In this document: positions 12,521-22,345 of the stretch, piece after piece
Layout: each line of letters starts with the position of its first letter
How positions within the stretch are numbered: the first letter of the stretch is position 1
Assembly: GCF_000026545.1 (NCBI RefSeq)
Contig: NC_011601.1
Reading direction: 5' to 3' (one strand)
Source of the DNA: Escherichia coli O127:H6 str. E2348/69
GTDB taxonomy: Bacteria > Pseudomonadota > Gammaproteobacteria > Enterobacterales > Enterobacteriaceae
DNA length: 64,000 bases
Made by a program: the position numbers and the translations under genes
The notes under the pieces: model-generated
Told to the model about the DNA's origin: nothing
What the model saw: the letters and a program-made list of their open reading frames with translations, nothing else
Database searches by the model: none

Positions 12521-13570
12521 ATGACGAATATCACCTTACAGAAACAACATCGTACACTGTGGCATTTTATTCCGGGGTTAGCCCTGAGTGCAGTTATCAC
12601 CGGGGTCGCCCTGTGGGGTGGTTCCATTCCCGCGGTTGCGGGTGCCGGGTTTAGTGCCCTCACCCTCGCAATCTTGTTGGGGATGGTTTTAGGCAACACC
12701 ATTTACCCGCACATCTGGAAAAGCTGTGACGGTGGTGTGCTGTTTGCCAAGCAATATTTATTACGTCTGGGTATCATTCTTTATGGCTTCCGTCTGACGT
12801 TCTCGCAAATTGCCGATGTCGGTATCAGTGGGATCATCATTGACGTGTTGACGCTGTCCAGTACCTTCCTGCTGGCTTGCTTCCTGGGGCAGAAAGTGTT
12901 TGGTCTGGATAAGCACACCAGCTGGTTGATCGGTGCCGGTAGCAGTATCTGTGGTGCTGCCGCGGTACTGGCGACTGAGCCGGTAGTGAAAGCAGAAGCC
13001 AGTAAAGTAACCGTGGCTGTTGCAACCGTTGTTATCTTCGGGACCGTCGCGATTTTCCTCTACCCGGCGATATATCCGCTGATGTCTCAATGGTTTAGTC
13101 CGGAAACTTTCGGTATCTACATTGGTTCTACTGTGCACGAAGTGGCGCAGGTGGTGGCGGCAGGTCATGCCATCAGCCCGGATGCAGAAAACGCAGCAGT
13201 TATTTCCAAAATGCTGCGCGTGATGATGCTGGCTCCGTTCCTCATCCTGCTGGCGGCGCGTGTTAAACAGCTGTCTGGGGCGAACAGCGGCGAGAAAAGC
13301 AAAATCACTATTCCGTGGTTTGCCATCTTGTTCATCGTCGTTGCCATCTTTAACTCGTTCCACCTGTTACCGCAGAGCGTGGTGAACATGCTGGTAACGC
13401 TGGATACCTTCCTGCTGGCAATGGCGATGGCGGCGCTGGGTCTGACCACTCACGTCAGCGCGCTGAAAAAAGCCGGGGCGAAACCTCTGCTGATGGCACT
13501 GGTACTGTTTGCCTGGCTGATTGTTGGTGGTGGTGCGATTAACTATGTGATTCAAAGCGTCATCGCATAA
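12521..13570 (+). CDS. yeiH: Inner membrane protein YeiH (UPF0324 / PSE family)
   Basis: 349-aa polytopic membrane ORF divergent from yeiE; matches YeiH. Confidence 0.9.
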   Translation: MTNITLQKQHRTLWHFIPGLALSAVITGVALWGGSIPAVAGAGFSALTLAILLGMVLGNTIYPHIWKSCDGGVLFAKQYLLRLGIILYGFRLTFSQIADVGISGIIIDVLTLSSTFLLACFLGQKVFGLDKHTSWLIGAGSSICGAAAVLATEPVVKAEASKVTVAVATVVIFGTVAIFLYPAIYPLMSQWFSPETFGIYIGSTVHEVAQVVAAGHAISPDAENAAVISKMLRVMMLAPFLILLAARVKQLSGANSGEKSKITIPWFAILFIVVAIFNSFHLLPQSVVNMLVTLDTFLLAMAMAALGLTTHVSALKKAGAKPLLMALVLFAWLIVGGGAINYVIQSVIA

Positions 13571-13584
13571 ACCACTACATCTTG

Positions 13585-13636
13585 CTCCTGTTAACCCGCT
13601 ATCATTACCGTTTTCCTCCAGCGGGTTTAACAGGAG
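13585..13636 (+). other. Imperfect inverted repeat spanning the nfo ribosome-binding site
   Basis: ctcctgttaacccgct (13585-13600) pairs with agcgggtttaacaggag (13620-13636), 16 bp stem with one bulged base and a 19-nt loop; right arm contains the AGGAG SD 8 nt before the nfo ATG. Confidence 0.45.
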
Positions 13637-13643
13637 TCCTCGC

Positions 13644-14501
13644 ATGAAATACATTGGAGCGCACGTTAGTGCTGCTGGCGGTCTGGCAAATGCCGCAATT
13701 CGCGCCGCCGAAATCGACGCAACCGCGTTTGCCTTGTTCACCAAAAACCAACGTCAGTGGCGTGCCGCACCGCTCACGACGCAAACCATCGATGAATTCA
13801 AAGCCGCCTGTGAAAAATATCACTACACATCGGCGCAAATTCTTCCCCACGACAGTTATCTGATTAACCTCGGACATCCGGTTGCTGAAGCTCTGGAAAA
13901 ATCGCGCGATGCCTTTATAGATGAAATGCAGCGTTGCGAACAGCTGGGGCTTTCTTTGCTCAACTTCCACCCTGGCAGCCATCTGATGCAGATTTCAGAA
14001 GAGGATTGCCTTGCGCGTATTGCCGAATCCATCAACATTGCGCTGGATAAAACTCAAGGTGTCACCGCGGTGATTGAAAACACCGCCGGTCAGGGCAGTA
14101 ACTTAGGGTTTAAATTCGAACATCTCGCGGCGATTATCGACGGCGTGGAAGATAAATCCCGCGTCGGCGTCTGCATTGATACCTGCCATGCTTTCGCTGC
14201 CGGGTATGATTTGCGTACTCCTGCCGAATGCGAGAAAACGTTCGCTGATTTTGCCCGTATTGTAGGCTTTAAGTATCTGCGCGGGATGCACCTCAACGAT
14301 GCGAAAAGCACCTTTGGCAGCCGCGTTGACCGTCATCATAGCCTCGGCGAAGGCAATATCGGTCATGATGCGTTCCGCTGGATCATGCAAGACGACCGTT
14401 TCGACGGCATTCCGCTGATCCTTGAAACCATCAACCCGGATATCTGGGCAGAAGAGATCGCCTGGCTGAAAGCGCAACAAACTGAAAAAGCGGTGGCCTG
14501 A
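13644..14501 (+). CDS. nfo: Endonuclease IV (AP endonuclease)
   Basis: 285-aa [42 protein letters not shown]... matches Nfo. Confidence 0.95.
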   Translation: MKYIGAHVSAAGGLANAAIRAAEIDATAFALFTKNQRQWRAAPLTTQTIDEFKAACEKYHYTSAQILPHDSYLINLGHPVAEALEKSRDAFIDEMQRCEQLGLSLLNFHPGSHLMQISEEDCLARIAESINIALDKTQGVTAVIENTAGQGSNLGFKFEHLAAIIDGVEDKSRVGVCIDTCHAFAAGYDLRTPAECEKTFADFARIVGFKYLRGMHLNDAKSTFGSRVDRHHSLGEGNIGHDAFRWIMQDDRFDGIPLILETINPDIWAEEIAWLKAQQTEKAVA

Positions 14502-14504
14502 TCG

Positions 14505-15593
14505 ATGAACGACAGGGAAAAGCAGATTCTTAAAATTTTACGGCGTAACCCGCTGATTCAACAGAATGAAATCGCCGATATTCTGCAAATCAGCCGCTCA
14601 CGTGTTGCCGCTCATATTATGGATTTGATGCGCAAGGGTTTGATTAAAGGCAAAGGATATATCCTTACCGAGCAGGATTACTGTGTGGTTGTGGGTGCAA
14701 TCAATATGGATATTCGCGGAATGGCGGATATCCGTTACCCGCAAGCAGCCTCTCATCCAGGTTCTGTTCACTGTTCCGCAGGCGGCGTCGGACGTAATAT
14801 CGCGCATAACCTGGCTCTGCTTGGTCGGGATGTGCATTTAATTTCAGCTATTGGCAACGATTTTTACGGCGAGACATTACTGGAAGAAACGCGCCGCTCG
14901 GGCGTGAACGTTTCAAACTGCATTCGTCTGCATGGACACAGCACTGCAACTTATCTCGCTATCGCTAATAAGCAGGAAGAAACTATCCTGGCAATCAATG
15001 ACACACATATTCTGCAACAGCTAACGCCTCAACTGCTCAATACTTCACGGGACTTGATTCGCCATGCTGGTGTGGTGCTGGCTGATTGTAATCTCACACC
15101 TGAAGCCCTGGAGTGGGTCTTTACCATTGCTGATGAAATTCCGATGTTTGTCGATACCGTTTCCGAATTTAAAGCGAACAAAGTAAAAAACTGGTACAGC
15201 CGGATCCACACTCTGAAACCGACACAAAATGAACTGGAAATTTTGTGGGGGCAACCGATTAAAGACGACAACGATCGTATCAGAGCTGTAAATTCGCTGC
15301 ATCAACAAGGTGTTAAACGCATTTTTGTTTATCTGAAAGATGAATCTGTATTTTGCAGCGATAAGGATGGAGAACAATTTTTGCTGACCGCGCCAGCGCA
15401 TACGACAGTAGACAGTTTTGGTGCTGACGATGGTTTTATGGCGGGCCTGGTATATAGCTTTCTTGAAGGATACAGTTTCCGCGACAGCGCCCGTTTTGCG
15501 ATGGCCTGCGCGGCAATTTCACGCGCCAGCGGCAGCTTAAACAACCCTACCCTGTCTGCCGATAACGCGCTTTCATTAGTGCCAATGGTGTAA
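14505..15593 (+). CDS. yeiI: PfkB-family carbohydrate/nucleoside kinase with N-terminal winged-helix domain (YeiI)
   Basis: 362-aa ORF; N-terminal HTH-like segment (MNDREKQILKILRRNPLIQQNEIADILQISRSRVAAHIMDLMRKGLI) followed by a ribokinase-like core (GGVGRNIAHNLALLGR) paralogous to PsuK. Confidence 0.88.
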   Translation: MNDREKQILKILRRNPLIQQNEIADILQISRSRVAAHIMDLMRKGLIKGKGYILTEQDYCVVVGAINMDIRGMADIRYPQAASHPGSVHCSAGGVGRNIAHNLALLGRDVHLISAIGNDFYGETLLEETRRSGVNVSNCIRLHGHSTATYLAIANKQEETILAINDTHILQQLTPQLLNTSRDLIRHAGVVLADCNLTPEALEWVFTIADEIPMFVDTVSEFKANKVKNWYSRIHTLKPTQNELEILWGQPIKDDNDRIRAVNSLHQQGVKRIFVYLKDESVFCSDKDGEQFLLTAPAHTTVDSFGADDGFMAGLVYSFLEGYSFRDSARFAMACAAISRASGSLNNPTLSADNALSLVPMV

Positions 15594-15600
15594 CAATGTT

Positions 15601-15635
15601 GCCGGATTCGACGCTTGACCGCATCTTATCCGGCT
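15601..15635. repeat. REP (repetitive extragenic palindrome) element
   Basis: gccggattcgacgcttgaccgcatcttatccggct resembles the REP consensus GCCGGATGCGGCG...CTTATCCGGCC; between convergent yeiI and nupX. Confidence 0.6.
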
Positions 15636-15648
15636 CATAAATTGCGCA

Positions 15649-16899
15649 CTACGCTAAACCAATAAAGAATCCTGCAATAGTAGCACTCATCAGGTTAGAA
15701 AGTGTCGCCGCCGCCAGCGCGCGTAAACCAAGTTGGGCGATTTCCGGCGCACGGTGTGGCGCAACCGCAGAAAACGCCCCCACCACCACCCCGATAGAAC
15801 CAAAGTTAGCGAAACCGCACAACGCGAAAGAAATAATCGCCACGGTTTTAGCATCCAGAGTGCCACCCGTTTGCAGATATGGCGAGAAATTGAGATAAGC
15901 GACAAATTCATTGATCGCCAGCTTCTGCCCAATCAAACTCCCGGCAAGATTTGCATCACTCCAGTCAACCCCCATCACCCACGCCAATGGGGCCAACAGG
16001 TAACCTAAAATCGACTCCAGCGAAGCATGTTCAAAACCAAACCAGCCGCCAACACCGCCGATAATACCGTTAATCAACGCAATTATTGCAACAAATGCCA
16101 TCACCACTGTCGCCACACCTGCGGCGATTTTCAGCCCGGTCATTGCCCCTGTTGCAGCGGCTTCAATAATGCTCTTTGGCGGTGTTTCGGTGAAAGAGAG
16201 GTTATTAAAGGAAACCTGCGAAGATTCCGTAGCCGGGCTTAACAGGCGGGCAAACAAGATCCCACCGGGAATCGCCATTAACGATGCCGCCAGCAGATAT
16301 TCCACAGGCACGCCCAGTGCGGCGTAACCAATCATTGTCGAACCAGCAATCGAGGCCATACCGCTGCAAATCGCTGTAAATAATTCATTGCGATTCAGCC
16401 GATCGATAAAGGGTTTGACGATTGCCGGAATTTCGTTTTGCCCGAGGAAAATGGTAGTGACCGCGACGAATGACTCGATCTTGCTGATATTTAATGCTTT
16501 CTGGAAGATACCGCCGAGAATTCGAATTAAGATCCCCATCACACCGATGTAGTAGAGAATACTCACCAGCGCGGTGACGAAGATAATTGCCGGTAACACC
16601 CTGAAACCAAAGATAAATCCTGCGCCATCAAATAAGGTATCCATTTTCGGTCCGACCAGAGAACCGAAAATAAATGCGCTACCCGCGTCGCTGTACGCCA
16701 TCACTTTATGGACGCCAAAAGCGACTTTTTCTGCGACCCAACGCCCTGGCGGTAACCAAAGCATTATGCCGCCAATCACGACCTGTAACACTAACGCCGC
16801 GCCAACGGTACGCAGGCTGATCTTCTTTTTGTTTACTGACAGCAAAAACGCAATAGCCAGTAATACCACCATTCCCAGAACACTTCTCATGACATCCAT
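15649..16899 (-). CDS. nupX: NupC-family nucleoside transporter NupX
   Basis: 416-aa ORF; concentrative nucleoside transporter fold; close paralog of the psuT product in this window. Confidence 0.9.
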   Translation of the reverse strand: MDVMRSVLGMVVLLAIAFLLSVNKKKISLRTVGAALVLQVVIGGIMLWLPPGRWVAEKVAFGVHKVMAYSDAGSAFIFGSLVGPKMDTLFDGAGFIFGFRVLPAIIFVTALVSILYYIGVMGILIRILGGIFQKALNISKIESFVAVTTIFLGQNEIPAIVKPFIDRLNRNELFTAICSGMASIAGSTMIGYAALGVPVEYLLAASLMAIPGGILFARLLSPATESSQVSFNNLSFTETPPKSIIEAAATGAMTGLKIAAGVATVVMAFVAIIALINGIIGGVGGWFGFEHASLESILGYLLAPLAWVMGVDWSDANLAGSLIGQKLAINEFVAYLNFSPYLQTGGTLDAKTVAIISFALCGFANFGSIGVVVGAFSAVAPHRAPEIAQLGLRALAAATLSNLMSATIAGFFIGLA

Positions 16900-16998
16900 A
16901 GTTATTATCTCTTCATGTCATTTTGGGCGACGGCTCTCTGCCCATCATAAATAGCCGGGCCTGCATCTTGCGATACTGACCCGGCTTGTTATCAACAC

Positions 16999-17940
16999 TT
17001 AATGGGTTTTTATGTAGCCGCGTACGCACTCTTCGACTAATCCCCAGAACCAGTCGGTATCAATAGTGATGCCGACTTTGGTATTGGCGGGCTTGCCAAG
17101 AACACCCAGCTCGTCGCAGACGGTACGCCCATAGCAAGGGCCACTGTTAACGTCCACTTCGACGTACATTTCCTGGGTTTTAATGCCATCAGGGTTAATC
17201 AAATAACCGATGCAGGTGGCGTCGTGCACCGGGCCGCCAGCCAGGCCGTAGTTTTCGAACTGCGTTTTGAGAGTGAAGTTCATGATGTCGCTGAACAGCT
17301 CTCCGGCAGGGCCGCCAGCCCTTTCCATCCGAGCAATCACATCCGGGGTGCAAACGGTCTGGTTGGTAAGATCGAGGCCCATCATCACTAATGGAACGCC
17401 GGAGGTGAACACCACACGTGCGGCCTCCGGGTCAGCAAAGATGTTGAACTCAGCAGATGGGGTGAAGTTGCCAGTACCATAAGCACCGCCCATCAGAACA
17501 ATTTCACGGATTTTCGGCAGGATCGCGGGTTGCATACGCATTGCCACCGCGATGTTTGACAACGGACCAACCGGCACCAGAGTGATATCGCCATCGCTTG
17601 CCATAAGGGTATCGATGATATATTTCACCGCATGAGTGTTTTCTGCCTGGCGGGTCAGCGGCTCGAATACCGGGCCATCCAGTCCGGTTTCACCGTGAAT
17701 ATTATCGGCAACAATTTGTTGACGCATAATGGGCTGCGGCATCCCCGCATAAACCGGAACATTAATCTCCAGTTTCTGGCAAACATTCAGGCCATTAATT
17801 AATGTTTTATCGAGGGTTTGATTACCCGCTACAATGGTGATACCTAATAAATCAATCGCCGGATGTTTCGCCGCCATCATTATAGCAATAGCATCATCAT
17901 GACCCGGATCACAATCCAGAATAATTTTTCTCTTTTCCAT
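16999..17940 (-). CDS. rihB: Pyrimidine-specific ribonucleoside hydrolase RihB
   Basis: 313-aa ORF with N-terminal DCDPGHDDA nucleoside-hydrolase motif; matches RihB (YeiK). Confidence 0.92.
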
Positions 17941-18108
17941 TGTTTATTTCCTCTGTTTCCAGTTGCGTTATTGTTTCTACAGCAAAGAAAATTCGATCGG
18001 GCCGATGATTGAATCTTAACAACAGCGTACGTATGCTAAATATGAGAAATCTCATAGCGGATAAACATCGTGAAAGAAATCCACAATAATGATCTTAAGC
18101 AGCAATTG

Positions 18109-18768
18109 ATGAGTGAATCTGCGTTTAAGGATTGCTTTTCAACGGATGTTTCAGCCGATACGCGGCTGTTTCATTTTTTAGCGCGTGACTACATTGTGCA
18201 GGAAGGGCAACAGCCGTCCTGGCTGTTTTACCTGACGCGAGGCCGCGCCAGGCTTTACGTCACGCTTGCTAATGGTCGCGTGTCGCTGATCGATTTCTTT
18301 GCCGCGCCCTGTTTTATTGGCGAGATTGAGTTAATCGACAAAGACCATGAACCGCGTGCAGTGCAGGCTATTGAAGAGTGTTGGTGCCTTGCGCTCCCTA
18401 TGAAGCATTACCGCCCGTTGTTATTAAACGACACGCTATTTTTACGAAAACTCTGCGTCACCTTAAGTCATAAAAATTATCGTAATATTGTTTCTTTAAC
18501 TCAGAATCAATCATTTCCGTTAGTGAATCGCCTGGCAGCTTTTATATTACTCTCGCAGGAAGGTGATCTTTATCACGAAAAGCATACGCAAGCGGCAGAG
18601 TATTTAGGCGTCTCTTATCGTCATCTTTTATATGTTCTCGCGCAATTCATTAATGACGGTTTATTAATTAAAAGCAAGAAAGGGTATCTCATTAAAAACA
18701 GAAAGCAGTTGTCAGGACTGGCGCTGGAGATGGACCCGGAGAATAAATTCTCCGGGATGATGCAGTAA
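18109..18768 (+). CDS. yeiL: CRP/FNR-family transcriptional regulator YeiL
   Basis: ORF 18070-18768 (232 aa) trimmed to [10 protein letters not shown]... giving the recalled 219 aa; cNMP-binding-like domain plus C-terminal HTH; start could be 18070. Confidence 0.85.
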   Translation: MSESAFKDCFSTDVSADTRLFHFLARDYIVQEGQQPSWLFYLTRGRARLYVTLANGRVSLIDFFAAPCFIGEIELIDKDHEPRAVQAIEECWCLALPMKHYRPLLLNDTLFLRKLCVTLSHKNYRNIVSLTQNQSFPLVNRLAAFILLSQEGDLYHEKHTQAAEYLGVSYRHLLYVLAQFINDGLLIKSKKGYLIKNRKQLSGLALEMDPENKFSGMMQ

Positions 18769-18790
18769 AAATTATTGGCAATAGTGCGAT

Positions 18791-18827
18791 TGCCGGATGC
18801 AACGCTTAATAAGGTGTACATCCGGCA
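18791..18827. repeat. REP-like palindromic element
   Basis: tgccggatgcaacgcttaataaggtgtacatccggca; terminal inverted repeats GCCGGATG/CATCCGGC; between yeiL and psuT. Confidence 0.5.
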
Positions 18828-18834
18828 ATGAAAC

Positions 18835-20085
18835 TCAAGCTAAACCAATAAAGAACCCGGCAATGGTCGCGCTCATCAGGTTAGAAAGTGTCGCCGCCGC
18901 CAGCGCCCGTAAACCAAGCTGGGCGATTTCCGGCGCACGTTTTGGCGAAATAGCCGAAAACGCCCCAACGACAACACCGATAGAACCAAAGTTAGCAAAA
19001 CCACACAGCGCAAAGGAGATGATCGCCACGGTTTTCACTTCCAGCGTGCCGCCCGTTTGCAGATATGGCGAAAAACTCAGGTAAGCGACAAATTCGTTAA
19101 TCGCCAGTTTCTGCCCAATCAAACTTCCGGCAAGATTTGCATCACTCCAGTCCACCCCCATAATCCATGCCAACGGGGCCAGCACATAGCCGAAAATGCT
19201 TTCCAGAGAGACATTGGCAAAACCAAACCAGCCGCCAACTCCACCAATAATGCCGTTGATCAGCGCAATGATCGCCACAAATGCCATTACCACCGTCGCC
19301 ACACCGGCGGCGATTTTCAGCCCGGTCATTGCACCGTTCGCCGCAGCTTCAATAATGCTTTTTGGCGGTGTTTCGCTAAACGACAGATTTTCAAATGTCA
19401 CCTGCGAAGGCTCGGTGGCTGGGCTAAGAATACGTGCAAACAAAATACCACCAGGGATCGCCATCAGCGATGCCGCTAACAGGTAGTCAATTGGTACGCC
19501 CATTCCGGCATAACCAATCATCATCGAACCGGCAATGGACGCCATCCCGCTACAAATTGCCGTAAATAGCTCGTTGCGATTCATGCGATCGATAAACGGT
19601 TTAACGATCGCCGGGATCTCATTTTGCCCGAGGAAAATAGTGGTAACCGCAACAAAAGATTCGATTTTGCTGATGTTGAGGGCTTTCTGAAAAATACTAC
19701 CAAGAATGCGGATTAGCAGCCCCATCACGCCAATGTAGTACAGCAGGCTGATGAGCGCGGTAACGAAAATAATCGCCGGGAGTACGCGAAAGGCGAAGAT
19801 AAAGCCCGCACCGTCAAACAGAACATCCATTTTGGGACCGACCAGCGAACCAAAAATAAAGGCACTTCCTGCGTCACTGTAGGACATCACTTTATGGACG
19901 CCTAATGCCGCCTGCTCTACTGCCCATTTTCCCGGGGGAAAATAGAGCATGATGCCACCAATGGCAATTTGCAGCAGCAGCGCAGCCCCAACCGTGCGCA
20001 AGCTGATGCTCTTTTTATTTACCGACAACACAAAGGCAATTGCCAGCAATACCACCATCCCCACAACACTTCTCATTATATCCAT
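18835..20085 (-). CDS. psuT: NupC-family pseudouridine/nucleoside transporter PsuT
   Basis: 416-aa ORF, roughly 88% identical by eye to NupX; heads the distal end of the psuK-psuG-psuT operon. Confidence 0.9.
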   Translation of the reverse strand: MDIMRSVVGMVVLLAIAFVLSVNKKSISLRTVGAALLLQIAIGGIMLYFPPGKWAVEQAALGVHKVMSYSDAGSAFIFGSLVGPKMDVLFDGAGFIFAFRVLPAIIFVTALISLLYYIGVMGLLIRILGSIFQKALNISKIESFVAVTTIFLGQNEIPAIVKPFIDRMNRNELFTAICSGMASIAGSMMIGYAGMGVPIDYLLAASLMAIPGGILFARILSPATEPSQVTFENLSFSETPPKSIIEAAANGAMTGLKIAAGVATVVMAFVAIIALINGIIGGVGGWFGFANVSLESIFGYVLAPLAWIMGVDWSDANLAGSLIGQKLAINEFVAYLSFSPYLQTGGTLEVKTVAIISFALCGFANFGSIGVVVGAFSAISPKRAPEIAQLGLRALAAATLSNLMSATIAGFFIGLA

Positions 20086-20178
20086 AATGATTTTCCCTTC
20101 ATGCCAGTAAACCCGGCGTCAGCGCCAGGTTTTGGTATGTTTGATGAGTACGGGCGACGGCTTTCTGCCCACCAGAAA

Positions 20179-21117
20179 TTAACCCACGAGACGCTGATAT
20201 TCTTTGGCAATTTCGCTCGCCAGAATGGCGTTATTAAAGACCAGTTGAATATTGGATTTCAGGCTATCACCGCCGGTTAGCTCCGCAACACGCGCCAGCA
20301 GGAACGGTGTACTCTCTTTCCCAATAACACCCTGTTCTTCGGCTTCAGCAACGGCTTGATCAATTGCTGCATTGATGGTTTCTTCTGGCATCGCAAACTG
20401 TTCCGGGATCGGGTTCGCTACCACCAGGCCGCCGTTCAAACCGGTTTGCCACTTCACTGCCATCGCGCGAGCAATTTCGCGGGCACTGTCAAGACGAATG
20501 CTGACTTCAAATGGGCTGGTTCGGCAGAAAAACGCAGGCAGCGCTTTTGTCTGATAACCAATTAACGGTACACCGAAGGTTTCTAAATATTCTGTTGTTA
20601 ATCCTAAATCGAGAATAGATTTTGCCCCCGCACAAACAACAGTGACATTGGTATTTGCCAGTTCCTGTAAATCGGCAGAAATATCGAAGGTATGTTCCGC
20701 TCCGCGATGCACACCACCAATACCTCCGGTTGCAAAAACTTTAATCCCAGCCAGTGCTGCAATAATCATGGTTGATGCAACGGTAGTCGCGCCATTTTTC
20801 CCTGCAGCAACGACAAAAGGTAAATCACGACGACTAACTTTCGTCACGTTATGTCCTTCACGGCCCAGCAATTCGATTTCTTCTTTACTTAAGCCCACTT
20901 TCATCACACCGCCAATAATGGCGATAGTGGCTGGTACTGCGCCCTGTTTACGAATTGTTTCTTCTACTTCAATTGCGGTTTGGGCATTTTGTGGGAATGG
21001 CATTCCGTGAGAAATTATGGTCGATTCCAGCGCAACAACCGGTTTTTTATTTTTTAAAGCATCCTGTACTTCAGCGGATATTTGTAATAATTCAGGGGAC
21101 AGAGTTAATTCAGACAT
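20179..21117 (-). CDS. psuG: Pseudouridine-5'-phosphate glycosidase PsuG
   Basis: 312-aa ORF MSELTLSPELLQISAEVQDALKNKKPVVALESTIISHGMPFPQN...; indigoidine-synthase-A-like fold; matches PsuG (YeiN). Confidence 0.92.
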   Translation of the reverse strand: MSELTLSPELLQISAEVQDALKNKKPVVALESTIISHGMPFPQNAQTAIEVEETIRKQGAVPATIAIIGGVMKVGLSKEEIELLGREGHNVTKVSRRDLPFVVAAGKNGATTVASTMIIAALAGIKVFATGGIGGVHRGAEHTFDISADLQELANTNVTVVCAGAKSILDLGLTTEYLETFGVPLIGYQTKALPAFFCRTSPFEVSIRLDSAREIARAMAVKWQTGLNGGLVVANPIPEQFAMPEETINAAIDQAVAEAEEQGVIGKESTPFLLARVAELTGGDSLKSNIQLVFNNAILASEIAKEYQRLVG

Positions 21118-22046
21118 TCTGTGTTCTCCACTAACGATGTAACATTGGCAATTGATAATTCAGGGTTGTTGGTATATTCACAGGCAAGTGCCATTGACGA
21201 ACATCCCTGCGCAAATCGAACAGAATCGATAAACGGCATACCGTCTACCCAACAGGAGGCCAGCCCCGCCATCATGGCGTCGCCTGCCCCAGTAACATTG
21301 ATGACATTCGTTTTAATAGGGGCCGACCACCCACTTTCACCGTTGATATCACTGTAGTAAACGCCATCCCCTCCCATGCTCAGCACCAGGCGGTTCAGGC
21401 CGTGTTGATGAAACCAGGCGGCGACCTTTGCGACATCTTCACGTCCGGAAAGTGCAATTCCGCTCAACGTTTCGGCTTCAAGACGGTTAGGTTTTAACGT
21501 ATGGATTTTGCTCAGATGATCGCGGATTTTGACGCATTTCCATGCCGATACCGGATCAATAAATACAGGCGTTTCCCCGCTATTTTCCAGAACCCAGACC
21601 AGCGCCTCTTCACTAAGGTTGCAATCCGCGACAATAACCTTTGCACCGCGAATAAACTCCTGATGCTGGGCAAGAAATTCTGCAGAAATACAGTCACTAA
21701 TACTCATATCATTTATCGCGACAAGCATTTCTCCTGTATTATCGAGCAGTGATAAATAGCTGGATGTATTCTCACCCGGAACAATTAAGCATTTATCGAC
21801 ATAAACACCGGATTGATTAGTTTGCGCCAGTAATGATTGCCCATAAAAATCACCACCTACTGCACTTAAAAGCCAGGCATTTTTCCCCAGTAACGCCAGA
21901 TTATGAGCGATATTCCTTCCCACGCCACCTGGGGTAAATTTAATTTTTCCGGGATTCGAATCCGCATAATTCAATGGATGATGTGAATACCCAGCCACAT
22001 CAATATTCGCCGAGCCAATAATTACTATGTAGTCCTTTTCGCGCAT
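21105..22046 (-). CDS. psuK: Pseudouridine kinase PsuK (PfkB family)
   Basis: Frame 21105-22160 trimmed to MREKDYIVIIGSANIDVAGYS... giving the recalled 313 aa; overlaps the psuG start. Confidence 0.88.
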   Translation of the reverse strand: MREKDYIVIIGSANIDVAGYSHHPLNYADSNPGKIKFTPGGVGRNIAHNLALLGKNAWLLSAVGGDFYGQSLLAQTNQSGVYVDKCLIVPGENTSSYLSLLDNTGEMLVAINDMSISDCISAEFLAQHQEFIRGAKVIVADCNLSEEALVWVLENSGETPVFIDPVSAWKCVKIRDHLSKIHTLKPNRLEAETLSGIALSGREDVAKVAAWFHQHGLNRLVLSMGGDGVYYSDINGESGWSAPIKTNVINVTGAGDAMMAGLASCWVDGMPFIDSVRFAQGCSSMALACEYTNNPELSIANVTSLVENTECLN

Positions 22047-22289
22047 AGCACGCCCCCTGGCAATAAATTGCCAACGAAGAAATTGGGTAAAATAGTCATT
22101 ACAGTCAATAAGACTATTAGAGCACGTGTTCAGATTTAAACACATGTTCATAATAAGCATGTTTAACGTAATGTAAATCGATCAGAAAAAACGAAATCGG
22201 CCAGATATGAAGGCGGTCACAAAATTTGTCTATTTATGCAGCAACAAAAGAGAAAGTTGTGATGTGTAACACACAATATGGCAGGCAAG

Positions 22290-22314
22290 AAAAAGGGCAG
22301 AGATGTTTCTGCCC
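22290..22314 (-). terminator. Rho-independent terminator (distal terminator of the fruBKA transcript)
   Basis: Minus strand reads GGGCAGA-aacatc-TCTGCCC followed by TTTTT. Confidence 0.55.
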
Positions 22315-22345
22315 TCAGATTGTTGACAATGCGCGCTTTGTTCAT

